From an uncultured delta proteobacterium (GTDB lineage: Bacteria; Desulfobacterota; Binatia; UBA9968), in NCBI GenBank assembly GCA_963771465.1, contig CAVYTU010000017.1, positions 160,001 to 224,000 on the forward strand: a stretch of 64,000 bases of DNA, written 5' to 3'. The translations under genes were made by a program, and so were the position numbers. Below are positions 26,814-36,783 of the stretch, in pieces; the first letter of the stretch is position 1; each line of letters opens with the position of its first letter. The notes below the pieces were generated by a model that was not told where the DNA came from, searched no databases, and saw nothing but the letters and a program-made list of their open reading frames with translations.

Positions 26814-27785
26814 ATGAAAATCGCGGTTATCGATGACTATCAAAATGCTTTCAAAACTTTGAAGTGTTTTCCGAAGTTGGCCGGCCACGATGTGGTTGTT
26901 TACTCGGATACGGCGAACGATGTTGCGAGCCTGGTTGCTAAACTGAAAGACGCCGATGTCGCGGTGTTCACCCAGCAGCGGTCATTTATTCCCCGCGCGG
27001 TGATTGAGCAGTTGCCGAAATTGACACTCATCGGCCAGACCGGGCGCGCCGCGGCCCACATCGATTTGGAGGCGTGCACGGAGAAGGGAATTGTCGTGTC
27101 TGCGGGCGGTTCGGGAAACTCGAGCGCGACCGCGGAGCTGACTTGGGGACTGATTCTTTCCGCGCTGCGCAGTTTGCCTTTGGAAGTTAACCGGCTGAAA
27201 AGCGGCCAATGGCAGTCGACCGTCGGCATCGGTGTAAAAGGCAAAACCATCGGCATTTATGCCTATGGAAAAATCGGTAGTATCGTCGCCGCGGTCGGTA
27301 AGGCGTTCGGCGCGCGAGTGATTTGCTGGGGGCGCGAGGGATCGACGGGACGGGCGAAAGCCGCGGGCTTCGAAGTCCCCAAGAGCCGCGAGGATTTCTT
27401 TGCGGAAGTGGATATTGTCAGTCTCCACTTGCCGCTCAATAAGGACACCCGCGGCATCGTCAAGCGCGACGATTTGGCGCGCATGAAGCCAACCGCATTG
27501 ATCGTCAACGCCAGCCGCTCCGGTCTGATTGAAAAGGGCGCGTTGGTGGATGCGCTCAAGGCGGGCCGGCCTGGTTTTGCCGCCGTCGATGTTTACGACA
27601 AAGAGCCGGTGGGAGCCGATGAGCCGTTGATCAAGATGGCCAACGTCACCTGTACGCCACATCTCGGCTATGTCACGCGTGAAAGCTACGAGGAGTACTA
27701 TGCGACCGTGGTCGACGACATCGTCAGCTTCGCCGCCGGCAAGCCGAATAACGTGTTGAATCCAGACGCGCTCGGAAAAAAGTGA
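26814..27785 (+). CDS. D-2-hydroxyacid dehydrogenase family protein
   Basis: MKIAVIDDYQ, ATAELTWGLI, YGKIG, SLHLPL, DVYDKEP, TPHLGYV. Confidence 0.9.
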   Translation: MKIAVIDDYQNAFKTLKCFPKLAGHDVVVYSDTANDVASLVAKLKDADVAVFTQQRSFIPRAVIEQLPKLTLIGQTGRAAAHIDLEACTEKGIVVSAGGSGNSSATAELTWGLILSALRSLPLEVNRLKSGQWQSTVGIGVKGKTIGIYAYGKIGSIVAAVGKAFGARVICWGREGSTGRAKAAGFEVPKSREDFFAEVDIVSLHLPLNKDTRGIVKRDDLARMKPTALIVNASRSGLIEKGALVDALKAGRPGFAAVDVYDKEPVGADEPLIKMANVTCTPHLGYVTRESYEEYYATVVDDIVSFAAGKPNNVLNPDALGKK

Positions 27786-27917
27786 AAAGATTGTCACCGC
27801 AAAAGCGGCGAGCTCGAAAAATGGCTTTCTCGACGCCTCTGCGGTGAACGGTCAAATATTTTTTTCGGCTCCCATCCTAGCAGTGTCTCTTTAAGAAGCC
27901 GCGCTAAAGCGTTGCCG

Positions 27918-29639
27918 TCAGCGATTCGTCACAATGCTGTATTCGTCTGTTTTGGTAAGCGTCTTCGTCGGTGCTGCGCCGGATTCGGCTAGTCGGGAGA
28001 TGTTCTTGTCTTTGATGAAAACCAACAAAGGCTGCTTGGATTCTTTCCACTCTTTGGTAAATTCGTCAAAAGTAAAAAGCACCGGTCCGTAGCCGGTGGC
28101 GGGCGGCGGTTGCTTCTCCGCCACGTAGATATTGTGCATGATGATGGTTTTCTCGCCGGACCAGACGACCCAAATCGGCTGTTTGGCGCGAAGATAAAAC
28201 GGGAGCCCGGTCAGATAGCCGTCATAGAAGGCGAGCTGATGCTCGAGGTTGATGAAGGGTGCCACGTTTTTGGCGAGTTGTTTAGCCGAACGTTCGTAGG
28301 ACACTGGCACAGCAATGTGCCCCATTAAAAGCGCAAAGATAATTGTGCTACAGCAGTAACACAAATAAACGAGTCGCTGTTCCCGCCACTTGCCCAGACT
28401 GCCGGCGAAGGCGAAGATTCCCAACACAACAGCGAGCATTCCTCCGAAAGCCCAGATCGATGGCCCGGTCTGGCTCACGATTGGGCGAATCTGATGAGGC
28501 AGTCGACTGGCCCAGACTGAGCCAGCGATCAAGAAACCCACCCATAGGCCTATAGTGAGAAGGGGTAGAGTCAGCGGCCACCGCGACCTGGCTGAGGTGT
28601 CGCCGACAATTGCCGTGAGTGTTTTTGCCGTCAGTATCGCTAACGCTGGAAAGATCGGCAGAATGTAATGGGGTAGTTTTGAGTTGGACAAGGTGAAGAA
28701 AACGAACGGCACTGCGACCCAGAGAATCAAGTAGAGACTCCCGTCGTCCATCGCCTTTTTGCGCAAGTCTTTGACAATGAATGGAATGAGGACGCTCCAC
28801 GGTGCGAAGCCGGCGGCGACGACTAAAAAATAGTAATACCAAGTTTTGCTACGATGGAAATGTGGCGTAAGAAAACGGAGATAGTTTTCCTCTAACAAAA
28901 AATAGCGTAGGTAGCCCGGACTCCTCGCTTCGGCCCACACGTACAATGGGGCAACCATTGAGATAAAAACCAACGCGCCGATCGCCACGTCCATTTGCGA
29001 CAGCAGACGCCATCTGCGGGTGAGTAGCAGATAGAAAAAGAACACCATGCCGGGAATCATGACGCCGATGGGACCTTTGAGTAGGGTGGCCAGTGCCATT
29101 GCGCCATACATGAGCAGGCAATGGCGCCGTCTGGTATTTTTATTCTCGGCCTGTGCCGCCGAGTAGAATTCGCACAGGGCGATGGTGGTAAAAAATGTCA
29201 GCGTCATATCGAAGATGACGAGCCGGGAAAAAATAAAAAATTCTACGCCGGTGGTTAAAACCAGAACGGCCCACAAGGCTTCCCAAAGGCCCCAATGAAT
29301 GCGCGCAAACCGATAGAGGACAAAGAGACAACCAAGCGCCGCCAGCGCCGAAGGTAGCCGCGCCGACCACTCAGAGATGCCCAAAACTTTGTAAGCAATC
29401 GCGATCAACCAATATAAGAAGACAGGCTTGTCCAACGCCGGCAGAAAATTTTCATGGGGGATGACCCAATTATCGAGCACCAAGATTTCTCGCGCGCGCT
29501 CGGCATTTCTGCCTTCATCGGGCTCGAACAGGGCGGCAGCGCCGAGATGATAAAAGATCACTAGCAGACAGCTGGCGCAGAGTAACCAAGGCAAGCGTTT
29601 GTCGGCGAGAATAAAATCAAACCGTTCTTTTATGTTCAC
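27918..29639 (-). CDS. ArnT-like GT39/GT83 membrane glycosyltransferase
   Basis: EPDEGRNAERARE, DKP..LYW, EWSARLPSA, LKGPIG, SKLPHYILP. Confidence 0.88.
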   Translation of the reverse strand: MNIKERFDFILADKRLPWLLCASCLLVIFYHLGAAALFEPDEGRNAERAREILVLDNWVIPHENFLPALDKPVFLYWLIAIAYKVLGISEWSARLPSALAALGCLFVLYRFARIHWGLWEALWAVLVLTTGVEFFIFSRLVIFDMTLTFFTTIALCEFYSAAQAENKNTRRRHCLLMYGAMALATLLKGPIGVMIPGMVFFFYLLLTRRWRLLSQMDVAIGALVFISMVAPLYVWAEARSPGYLRYFLLEENYLRFLTPHFHRSKTWYYYFLVVAAGFAPWSVLIPFIVKDLRKKAMDDGSLYLILWVAVPFVFFTLSNSKLPHYILPIFPALAILTAKTLTAIVGDTSARSRWPLTLPLLTIGLWVGFLIAGSVWASRLPHQIRPIVSQTGPSIWAFGGMLAVVLGIFAFAGSLGKWREQRLVYLCYCCSTIIFALLMGHIAVPVSYERSAKQLAKNVAPFINLEHQLAFYDGYLTGLPFYLRAKQPIWVVWSGEKTIIMHNIYVAEKQPPPATGYGPVLFTFDEFTKEWKESKQPLLVFIKDKNISRLAESGAAPTKTLTKTDEYSIVTNR

Positions 29640-29824
29640 AATCTCGTTGCTTTCGGAAAGTTGTTGAGTTCATGGGGGCTGCGGAAAAATGCCAATACCA
29701 AAACTTGTTGATCGCTGCCGTCGTCATCGGCTAGCCACTCCCACGGCTTAGTCAAAGCTTTTGAAGCGCTGGACAGCACTCAACCGTTAACCCTTTCCCG
29801 CGCGAAAATCTGCGCCTTTGGCGC

Positions 29825-29852
29825 ACCTTTCAGGAATGTAATCTTGCTGAAA
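29825..29852. promoter_or_regulatory. cop/cus-box-like operator candidate, copy 1
   Basis: ACCTTTCAGGAATGTAATCTTGCTGAAA in the divergent arnT / response regulator intergenic region. Confidence 0.55.
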
Positions 29853-29999
29853 TGTTTCGGTAAGGTTCGGTGGGTTACTCGCTAACAACTTCTCTGACCC
29901 ATGCGATCGCTGCCGGATTAATGCGCCGGCGCGCCCTGGGTTGAGTTCCATGCGTCTTTAAAGGTAACTATGAATGTAATTGATGTCGGTGACTTATCC

Positions 30000-30674
30000 A
30001 TGCGCGTCCTAGTCGTCGAAGACGACAAGAAAATTGCCGCGTTCGTGACGAGGGGCTTGAAAGAGGCGGGTTTTGCCATTGACCATGCCGACGATGGCGA
30101 AGACGGGCTCCATCTCGCTCTGTCCGAGTCCTATGACGCCGCGGTCATGGATATCATGCTCCCCAAGCTCGATGGGTTAAGCGTGATCGGGCGACTGCGG
30201 CAAACCAAGATTCATACTCCCGTGCTGATCTTGAGCGCTAAGCGCAGCGTCGACGATCGTGTCAGAGGACTTCAGGCGGGCGGTGATGACTACCTAACTA
30301 AACCGTTTTCCTTCGCTGAGCTTTTAGCCCGCGTGCGAGCGTTAATCCGCCGGGCCAACCACGAAACCGAACCGACCCGGTTAGCCGTGGGCGAGCTATC
30401 CCTAGATTTGCTCACTCGTGAGGTCAAACGCGCGGTTAGCAAAATTGATTTGCAACCGCGCGAGTTCGCTTTGCTCGAATATCTCATGCGCAATGCCGGC
30501 ACAGTGGTATCGAAGACGATGATTATCGAGCATGTATGGGGTTATGATTTCGACCCGATGACCAACGTTGTCGATGTGTTAGTATCGCGCTTGCGCAACA
30601 AACTGGACCGCGATTTCGACAACAAGCTGATTCACACGCACCGGGGTGTGGGCTATGCCCTTAAAATTCAATAG
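30000..30674 (+). CDS. OmpR-family response regulator, heavy-metal (CusR/CopR) type
   Basis: VLVVEDD, DIMLP, DDYLTKPF, TNVVDVLVSRLRNKLD, HTHRGVGY. Confidence 0.9.
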   Translation: MRVLVVEDDKKIAAFVTRGLKEAGFAIDHADDGEDGLHLALSESYDAAVMDIMLPKLDGLSVIGRLRQTKIHTPVLILSAKRSVDDRVRGLQAGGDDYLTKPFSFAELLARVRALIRRANHETEPTRLAVGELSLDLLTREVKRAVSKIDLQPREFALLEYLMRNAGTVVSKTMIIEHVWGYDFDPMTNVVDVLVSRLRNKLDRDFDNKLIHTHRGVGYALKIQ

Positions 30675-32055
30675 ATTCTTTTTCAGAACACTCGGCTTTC
30701 GCCTCACGTCATGGTACTCGGGAATCTTCATCGTCAGTTCCTTAGTCCTGTTGTCGGTATCCTATCTGTTCGTATTTTCGACCATTCGCGACCAGCGCAG
30801 CGCGATTCAGTCACGGTTGCGTGAATATGCGTCTATAGTCGAGACCGGCGGCGTCCCGGCGCTCGAAAGCAAATTCCGCGAGCAGCGCCGCCCGAGCCGG
30901 CGCAATTCGTTTTTCGCACGCGTAACCAATGCGGCGAACGCGACGAATTTCCTCGGCAACCCACGGCTCTGGGAGACGTTCGATTTTACCAATCCGCAAA
31001 AGGTGCCGCTGATCGATCAATGGCAATATTATTCATCGAAGCGCGACGGCGATTTGTTGGAAGTCTTAGCCGTGCGGCTTCCCGACAATAACGTTTTGCA
31101 GGTCGGCAAGAGCATCCAGGATCGAGAGGAGGTGCTGGAGCGCTTTCGCGACACGCTGCTCGCGACCATCATTCCGATGATATTTATCGGTGTGGCCGGC
31201 GGCGCGTACTTTGCTGTGCGGGCGCTGCGGCCGCTGCGCAGTCTAAGTAACGTTACTCGGTCGATCATCGATACCGCCCGCTTCGACGCTCGGGTTCCCG
31301 ACAATCAGGGCGGCGATGAGATCAATCAACTGATCGTTCTGTTCAATCAAATGTTGGCCAGGATCGAGACTTTGATTGGCGGCATGAAAGAGGCGTTGGA
31401 CAACGTCGCGCACGATCTGCGCACACCGATCACCCGACTGCGCGGTACAGCGGAGCTGGCGCTACGGCCTGACGCCGACCCGGAAGTCTGTCGCGAAGCG
31501 CTGGCGGACTGTTTGGAAGAGTCGGATCGCATCATGACGATGCTCAACACGTTGATGGATATTTCCGAGGCTGAGACCGGCACGATGAACCTCTCCCTCG
31601 AAGACGTGAACCTAGCCGCGCTGATTCATGAAGTCACGGATCTCTACGAGCATGTCGCCGACGAGGCGAAGGTCGGCGTCATAACCCACGTGCCACAGGA
31701 TATCACCTTGCGAGCCGACCGCGCTCGGCTGCGCCAGGTGGTGGCCAATCTCGTCGATAACGCGATCAAATATACGCCGAGCGGCGGGCGCGTTGAGATC
31801 GACGTCGCGCGCGTTGAACAGCAGGCGATGCTGCTCGTTCGCGACACCGGCGTCGGCATACCGGTCGACGAACTGCCGCGAATTTGGGATCGGTTATACC
31901 GCGGCGATAAGAGCCGTTCGCAGCGTGGTCTCGGCCTTGGCTTGAGTCTGGTCAGAGCAGTCGTCCAGGCTCATCAAGGGTGGGTTGAGGCTTCGGCCAA
32001 TCCGGGCGGAGGCTCGATCTTCACGCTCTATCTGCCTCTCGCTTCGGCGCCTTAG
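30655..32055 (+). CDS. sensor histidine kinase (HAMP-HisKA-HATPase)
   Basis: 2 TM segments, AHDLRTP, NLVDNAIKY, DTGVGI, GLGLGL. Confidence 0.9.
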   Translation: MPLKFNRFFFRTLGFRLTSWYSGIFIVSSLVLLSVSYLFVFSTIRDQRSAIQSRLREYASIVETGGVPALESKFREQRRPSRRNSFFARVTNAANATNFLGNPRLWETFDFTNPQKVPLIDQWQYYSSKRDGDLLEVLAVRLPDNNVLQVGKSIQDREEVLERFRDTLLATIIPMIFIGVAGGAYFAVRALRPLRSLSNVTRSIIDTARFDARVPDNQGGDEINQLIVLFNQMLARIETLIGGMKEALDNVAHDLRTPITRLRGTAELALRPDADPEVCREALADCLEESDRIMTMLNTLMDISEAETGTMNLSLEDVNLAALIHEVTDLYEHVADEAKVGVITHVPQDITLRADRARLRQVVANLVDNAIKYTPSGGRVEIDVARVEQQAMLLVRDTGVGIPVDELPRIWDRLYRGDKSRSQRGLGLGLSLVRAVVQAHQGWVEASANPGGGSIFTLYLPLASAP

Positions 32056-32067
32056 CTCTGGTTGCCA

Positions 32068-32095
32068 ACCTTTCAAATTTGTAATTTTCCGGAAA
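32068..32095. promoter_or_regulatory. cop/cus-box-like operator candidate, copy 2
   Basis: ACCTTTCAAATTTGTAATTTTCCGGAAA upstream of the second ArnT pair. Confidence 0.55.
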
Positions 32096-32347
32096 GCTCG
32101 CGGCCATGCATTTGCGTTACTTTACCCGGCGAAGCGGCAAATTTTGTCTGGACGGATCGGACTATCGCCTCTCGCCGATAAACAGCCATAAAATTTGGCG
32201 CGCGAAATTGCGCGTGATATCAAGGACGGTCGCAGGAAGGTGGACGAATAAGTCGTAGCGCGCGGATGCCTTGCGAAATCGGCAATCGGGCCGCAAGCGA
32301 CTTGAAGATCATTACCGGCGATACAATTATAATAGTAGGATAATGCA

Positions 32348-33859
32348 TTGAAGGAAACCGGCGGCCTGGAAATCCGCGATAAACTGCTGTTCGCTTTGAT
32401 TTTCGCGGGCCTGCTGCTGCGTCTGCTGTTGTCGCCGCCGATCTTGCATCGCGGGGAGGCTCGCGAGGGGCTGGTCGTCCAAGAGATCGTGCACAACCAG
32501 CAATGGATTTTGCCCTTTCGCAACGGCGAATTGCCTTCTAAGCCGCCGCTTTTTCATTGGATCGCTGCGTCCGCGGCGATGGTTTTTGGCGAGAGTGATT
32601 TTATTGTAAGACTGCCGTCGGCAATCGGCGCCGGGCTTATGGTCGTCGTCACTTTCTTGCTGGGCCGAGCCATGGGTGGCCGGCTGACCGGCTGGCTCGC
32701 CGTCGGCGCGCTCTTGGGCATCTATCATTTTTGGCATGCGGCGGTGGAAGCCAGGGTGGACATGATCTTTAGCGCTTGTGTCACGGCGGCCATCGCGGGG
32801 TTTTATTTTTGGTACCGTGATGGCACTGGCGCCGCGCGCGTTATTTGCTACTTGGCTAGCGTTTGCGCCGTGCTCGCCAAAGGCCCAGTCGGTATTGCGT
32901 TGATCGGCTTAGTGATCGTCGGCTTTGTCGCGGTGGAGAAGCAGCCTCGATCGCTTTTGACTTTTTGGTCCTGGCCTTGGATTGGTGTCGCGCTTGTCAT
33001 TATCGCCGGCTGGTACGGCCTCGCTTATTCCATCGGCGGTGAAAAATTTATCGCTTTGCAACTCGGCTATGAAAACGTCGATAGGTTCATCGGCGGTGAC
33101 GCTTTTCCCAGGCACAAAATGTATCTCAGAATGGCGATATGGTTGGTGGATCAGACTCTGCCATGGAATTTGGCCCTACTCTGGTCCGTGCTTCGCTGGC
33201 TGCGCGGCACGCGTGAAAATAGCGATGGGCATCTGCTGCATGTTTGGTGGTTCGCGATCTTTTGCTTTTTCGCCCTCGCCGCCCGGACGCGCCCGGTTTA
33301 TTTATTGCCGATCTTTCCGGCGATCGCGTTGCTCGCCGCGCGCGCGTTGAACGCTTTGATCGCTCACGGTGCCGCTTCCGTTCGCACGGGCCAGGCGCCG
33401 GTAGGTTCGTTTTCATCTGACGCCGCGCCACGCTTCTCGAGCTTAGCCAGGTGGTTCGTCGTCGGCGTTCTGATCAGCGATATAACCGTGGCGCTGGCGA
33501 CCTATTTCAATTTGCAATACGACAAACGTGCCCAGGCGAGATTCGCGTTTGTGAGACAGATTGGCGTGGCGATCGCTGCGAACACATCACTATTTGCCGC
33601 CCCAGATCTCGATGGCGAAGATTTCATCGTCTTGGCCTATCGTTTACGGCGCCAGATCGATCAAAAGCCAATCTATTGCGCGAAGCGGAACGATTATTTT
33701 CTGACGCCAGTCGATCCGAAGGCTGTTTGGGAAGCGCGAGTACTCGCTTCGCTGGACAGCGGCAATACCGCGCTCGTGACTGCGCTTGCCGACGGTCTTC
33801 ACACCTCGACGCAAAACTGCCAAGTTCCTTTATCAACTGCGGGTAACGGAGATAATTAA
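32348..33859 (+). CDS. ArnT-like glycosyltransferase
   Basis: GEARE, SKPPLFHW, RLPSA, ARVDM, LAKGPVG, RPVYLLP. Confidence 0.85.
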   Translation: MKETGGLEIRDKLLFALIFAGLLLRLLLSPPILHRGEAREGLVVQEIVHNQQWILPFRNGELPSKPPLFHWIAASAAMVFGESDFIVRLPSAIGAGLMVVVTFLLGRAMGGRLTGWLAVGALLGIYHFWHAAVEARVDMIFSACVTAAIAGFYFWYRDGTGAARVICYLASVCAVLAKGPVGIALIGLVIVGFVAVEKQPRSLLTFWSWPWIGVALVIIAGWYGLAYSIGGEKFIALQLGYENVDRFIGGDAFPRHKMYLRMAIWLVDQTLPWNLALLWSVLRWLRGTRENSDGHLLHVWWFAIFCFFALAARTRPVYLLPIFPAIALLAARALNALIAHGAASVRTGQAPVGSFSSDAAPRFSSLARWFVVGVLISDITVALATYFNLQYDKRAQARFAFVRQIGVAIAANTSLFAAPDLDGEDFIVLAYRLRRQIDQKPIYCAKRNDYFLTPVDPKAVWEARVLASLDSGNTALVTALADGLHTSTQNCQVPLSTAGNGDN

Positions 33860-35595
33860 TGCAGGCCTCTAACGTACACCTGAACACCACGGTACAGCAA
33901 ACGGGAGGGAGTTTTTGGCTTCATGTTATCTTGCTTCTCGCGCTCTGCGGCGTGCTTTATTTCCCCTATCTCGGCAACGCGCCTTTGTTCGACAGAGGCG
34001 AACCGCGCGAAGCTCTGGCGGTGCAGGACATCGTTCAGCGCGGCGAATGGCTGTTTCCACTCAAGCGGGCAACGGCGATGCCGTCGAAACCGCCACTGTT
34101 TCATTGGTCGGCGGCGCTCACCTATCAAATCACCGGAACCCTGAACGAAGCGACGATTCGTTTTCCGTCGGCGCTTTATGCGACGCTGGGCGTTCTGTTG
34201 ATTTATCTGCTTGGGCGAAAACTGTTCGGCGCTGGGGTCGGTTTGCTCGCGGCGGCGATTCTGGCGACCACGATGATCTATCAAGACCAGGCGCTGAGCG
34301 CGCGCGTCGATATGACGCTGTGCTTTTTCGTCACCGCCAGCCTGGTGTTGTTTTACGCGCTCTATCGCGGCTTCTTAGACAACCGGCTTTGGTATTTTGT
34401 TTTGTACAGCTTGGTCGGACTCGGTACTTTGGCCAAAGGCCCGCTCGGTATTTTGTTGCCGGGATTGGTGATCGCGATTTTTCTCGTGCTTAAAAAGCGT
34501 TGGGATCTGATTGTCAAGTTCGCGTTTCATCCCGGTGTGGTGCTTGCGTTGATCGTCATCATCGGTTGGTATGGTTTGGCGATCACTCGCGGCGGCGAGG
34601 GATTCGTCGATCGCCAGTTGCTCTCTGAAAACGTCAATCGCTTTTTCGGCGGCTCAGGCCATAGCCATCCGGTTTATTACTACATGGGTTATCTTTTCAC
34701 GCTGGCATTGCCGTGGGGGTTGTTCTTGCCATTTTTATTTTGGGATTGTTTTAAAAAAGATTGGCGCGACGATGATGATCGGCTTTTTCCAGCTGGTTTG
34801 GTTCGCGGTCATGTTTGTATTTTTTTCCTTTGCGGATGGCAAGCGTCCGGTCTATCTATTGCCCGTCTATCCCGCGCTGGCTTTGCTGTTGGCGGACTGG
34901 TTTCATCGCCAAGTCGGTAGCATCGGCATCCGGTCAATTTTCTTTCGCTTGCTCGCCGTATTCGCTGCGCTTACTGGTCTGATGCTCCTCTTGATCGTAT
35001 TTGGCGATTTGTGGGGCCGCAATCCTGGCTGGTTTTTTTCTCCCATCGAATCCGCGCTCAAACCCAAGGATCGCGCCAACTTTCTGGTGATCACCCGGCA
35101 ATTGGCCGATTTCGGTTGGAAGTTTGATTCTGCCGTTATGCTCTCGGCGCTGCTTTGGTTTGGCTTGGGCTATTGCTTATGGACGGGCCGCCTGCGCGCA
35201 GCGGCGCACCAGCTAGTGATCCAAGCCATCGTCATGCGGATTCGTCAGCAACGGTTTGGTTATTCCGCAGATCGCCGCGACCAAGAGTTATCGCGAGTTC
35301 ATGATCGAGGTAAATCGACATGTCGGACCGCAAGAGAGGCTTATCCTTTACGGCCCTTTCAATAGCGATGCGGTGATTTTCTATCGCGGACAGCCTATCG
35401 AGATGGATGGCCGATCGATTGCGGCCGTTGCTGCGAGTCTCACGCCTGGACCCGGCGCTATCATTATGATGGAGCAGACGTGGCAGGAAATTCACAAGCT
35501 CAATGCTCAAGTGCCGGCGCCGCTCGTGCGCAGCGTGGGCAAGGGCCCGGAGGGCGTATGCGCCGCTGGTGCTGGTGGCGGCAAAAATTTCTTAG
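33859..35595 (+). pseudogene. ArnT-like glycosyltransferase interrupted by three frameshifts (or sequence errors)
   Basis: GEPREA, SKPPLFHW, LAKGPLG; reading continues across shifts at ~34786, ~35237 and ~35557 to GPEGDAPLVLVAAKIS*. Confidence 0.75.
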
Positions 35596-35599
35596 CGGG

Positions 35600-35745
35600 T
35601 TATTTGAAAGCCCCTTTCTTTTCCAGCTCCCGCAGCGCGCGCAGGTCGACGAAGTCCTCGAACTTCAGGCCTTCGCTTTCGCTTCCTTGGCGAGCTTACG
35701 AGCACGGTTTGAATACCGCCCGGCGGTTGACCGCAACGGCAGCGG
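35600..35745 (-). pseudogene. degenerate C-terminal remnant of a substrate-binding protein
   Basis: GIQTVL / LAKEAKAK / LKFEDFVDLRALRELEKKGAFK* in shifting frames. Confidence 0.5.
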
Positions 35746-35826
35746 CGCGCGCTTGGGTCGGATCATAACTCTTGCGACAGTGCAGGTCGGGTGTTACATC
35801 ATGCTGTCGATGCAAAGGAGAGAGCT

Positions 35827-36756
35827 ATGGACCTGAATCGCCGTACTTTGATCAAGGCCGGAGTAGTCGCTGGAGCTTCGTTGTTACTACCGCCGTCCGA
35901 TCTATTCGCTCAGACACAACCGCTGATCCGGAAAAAAATTCCTTCCTCCGGCGAGACCATTCCGATCATTGGCATCGGCACGGCGCGCCGTTATGAGGAA
36001 GTCAAAAACGACGCTGAGAAAGTGCCGCTGCGGGAAACCATTAAAGAATTCCAGGCGCTCGGCGGCACGGTGATCGATAGCTCGCCGTCGTATGGCACCG
36101 CGGAAGCTGTGGTCGGTGAATTGGTCGATGGGCTCAAAATCCGCGACTCGCTGTTTCTCGCGACAAAAGTGAGCTTGCGCAAAGTCGTCGGACGGGACGA
36201 AGGCCTCAAGCAGATCGAAGCATCGTTCAAAAAATACCGCACCAACAAGCTCGATCTGATCGCGGTGCACAACCTGCTCGACACCGATACCCAGCTCAAG
36301 ACCCTGCGCGAGATGAAAGCGGCAGGCCGCATTCGCTATGTCGGCATGACGACTTCATTCGATAATCAGTATGGCGAGTTCGAACAGGTGATGAAGAAAG
36401 AGAGCCTCGACTTCATTCAGGTCGATTACGCGCTCGATAATCGCGACGCCGGCGACCGCATTATTCCATTGGCGCCGGATCGCGGCATGGCGGTGATGAT
36501 CAACTTGCCGTTCGGACGCGGCCGCCTTTTTAACGCCGTGCAGGGTAAGAAGTTGCCGGAGTGGGCGAGCGAGTTCGATTGTGCGACCTGGGCGCAATTC
36601 TTTTTGAAATACATCGTCTCTCATCCAGCCATCACCTGTGCCGTACCGGGCATGGCGCGTCCTGAGTACGTCGTCGACAATCTCGGCGCAGCGCGTGGAC
36701 GCTTGCCCGATACGGCAATGCGTAAACGCATGGAGCAGTTCATCGACAACGTTTGA
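35827..36756 (+). CDS. aldo/keto reductase with twin-arginine signal peptide
   Basis: MDLNRRTLIKAG...LFAQ; IGIGT, DSSPSYG, ATKV, VHNL (D-Y-K-H tetrad). Confidence 0.88.
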   Translation: MDLNRRTLIKAGVVAGASLLLPPSDLFAQTQPLIRKKIPSSGETIPIIGIGTARRYEEVKNDAEKVPLRETIKEFQALGGTVIDSSPSYGTAEAVVGELVDGLKIRDSLFLATKVSLRKVVGRDEGLKQIEASFKKYRTNKLDLIAVHNLLDTDTQLKTLREMKAAGRIRYVGMTTSFDNQYGEFEQVMKKESLDFIQVDYALDNRDAGDRIIPLAPDRGMAVMINLPFGRGRLFNAVQGKKLPEWASEFDCATWAQFFLKYIVSHPAITCAVPGMARPEYVVDNLGAARGRLPDTAMRKRMEQFIDNV

Positions 36757-36783
36757 GGAGTTAGGTTCAGTGGTGAGGAGTCA

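Noticed and set aside
27794-27848. TCACCGC...GCGGTGA imperfect palindrome between convergent genes
   Set aside because: Probably a generic REP-like or terminator hairpin; too degenerate to call
32196-32212. sigma54-like TGGCGCGCGAAATTGC
   Set aside because: GG-to-GC spacing is 11, not the required 10
34784-34788. Phase-variable homopolymer in the ArnT gene
   Set aside because: Only T5, and two further non-homopolymer indels occur in the same gene; error or decay is more likely
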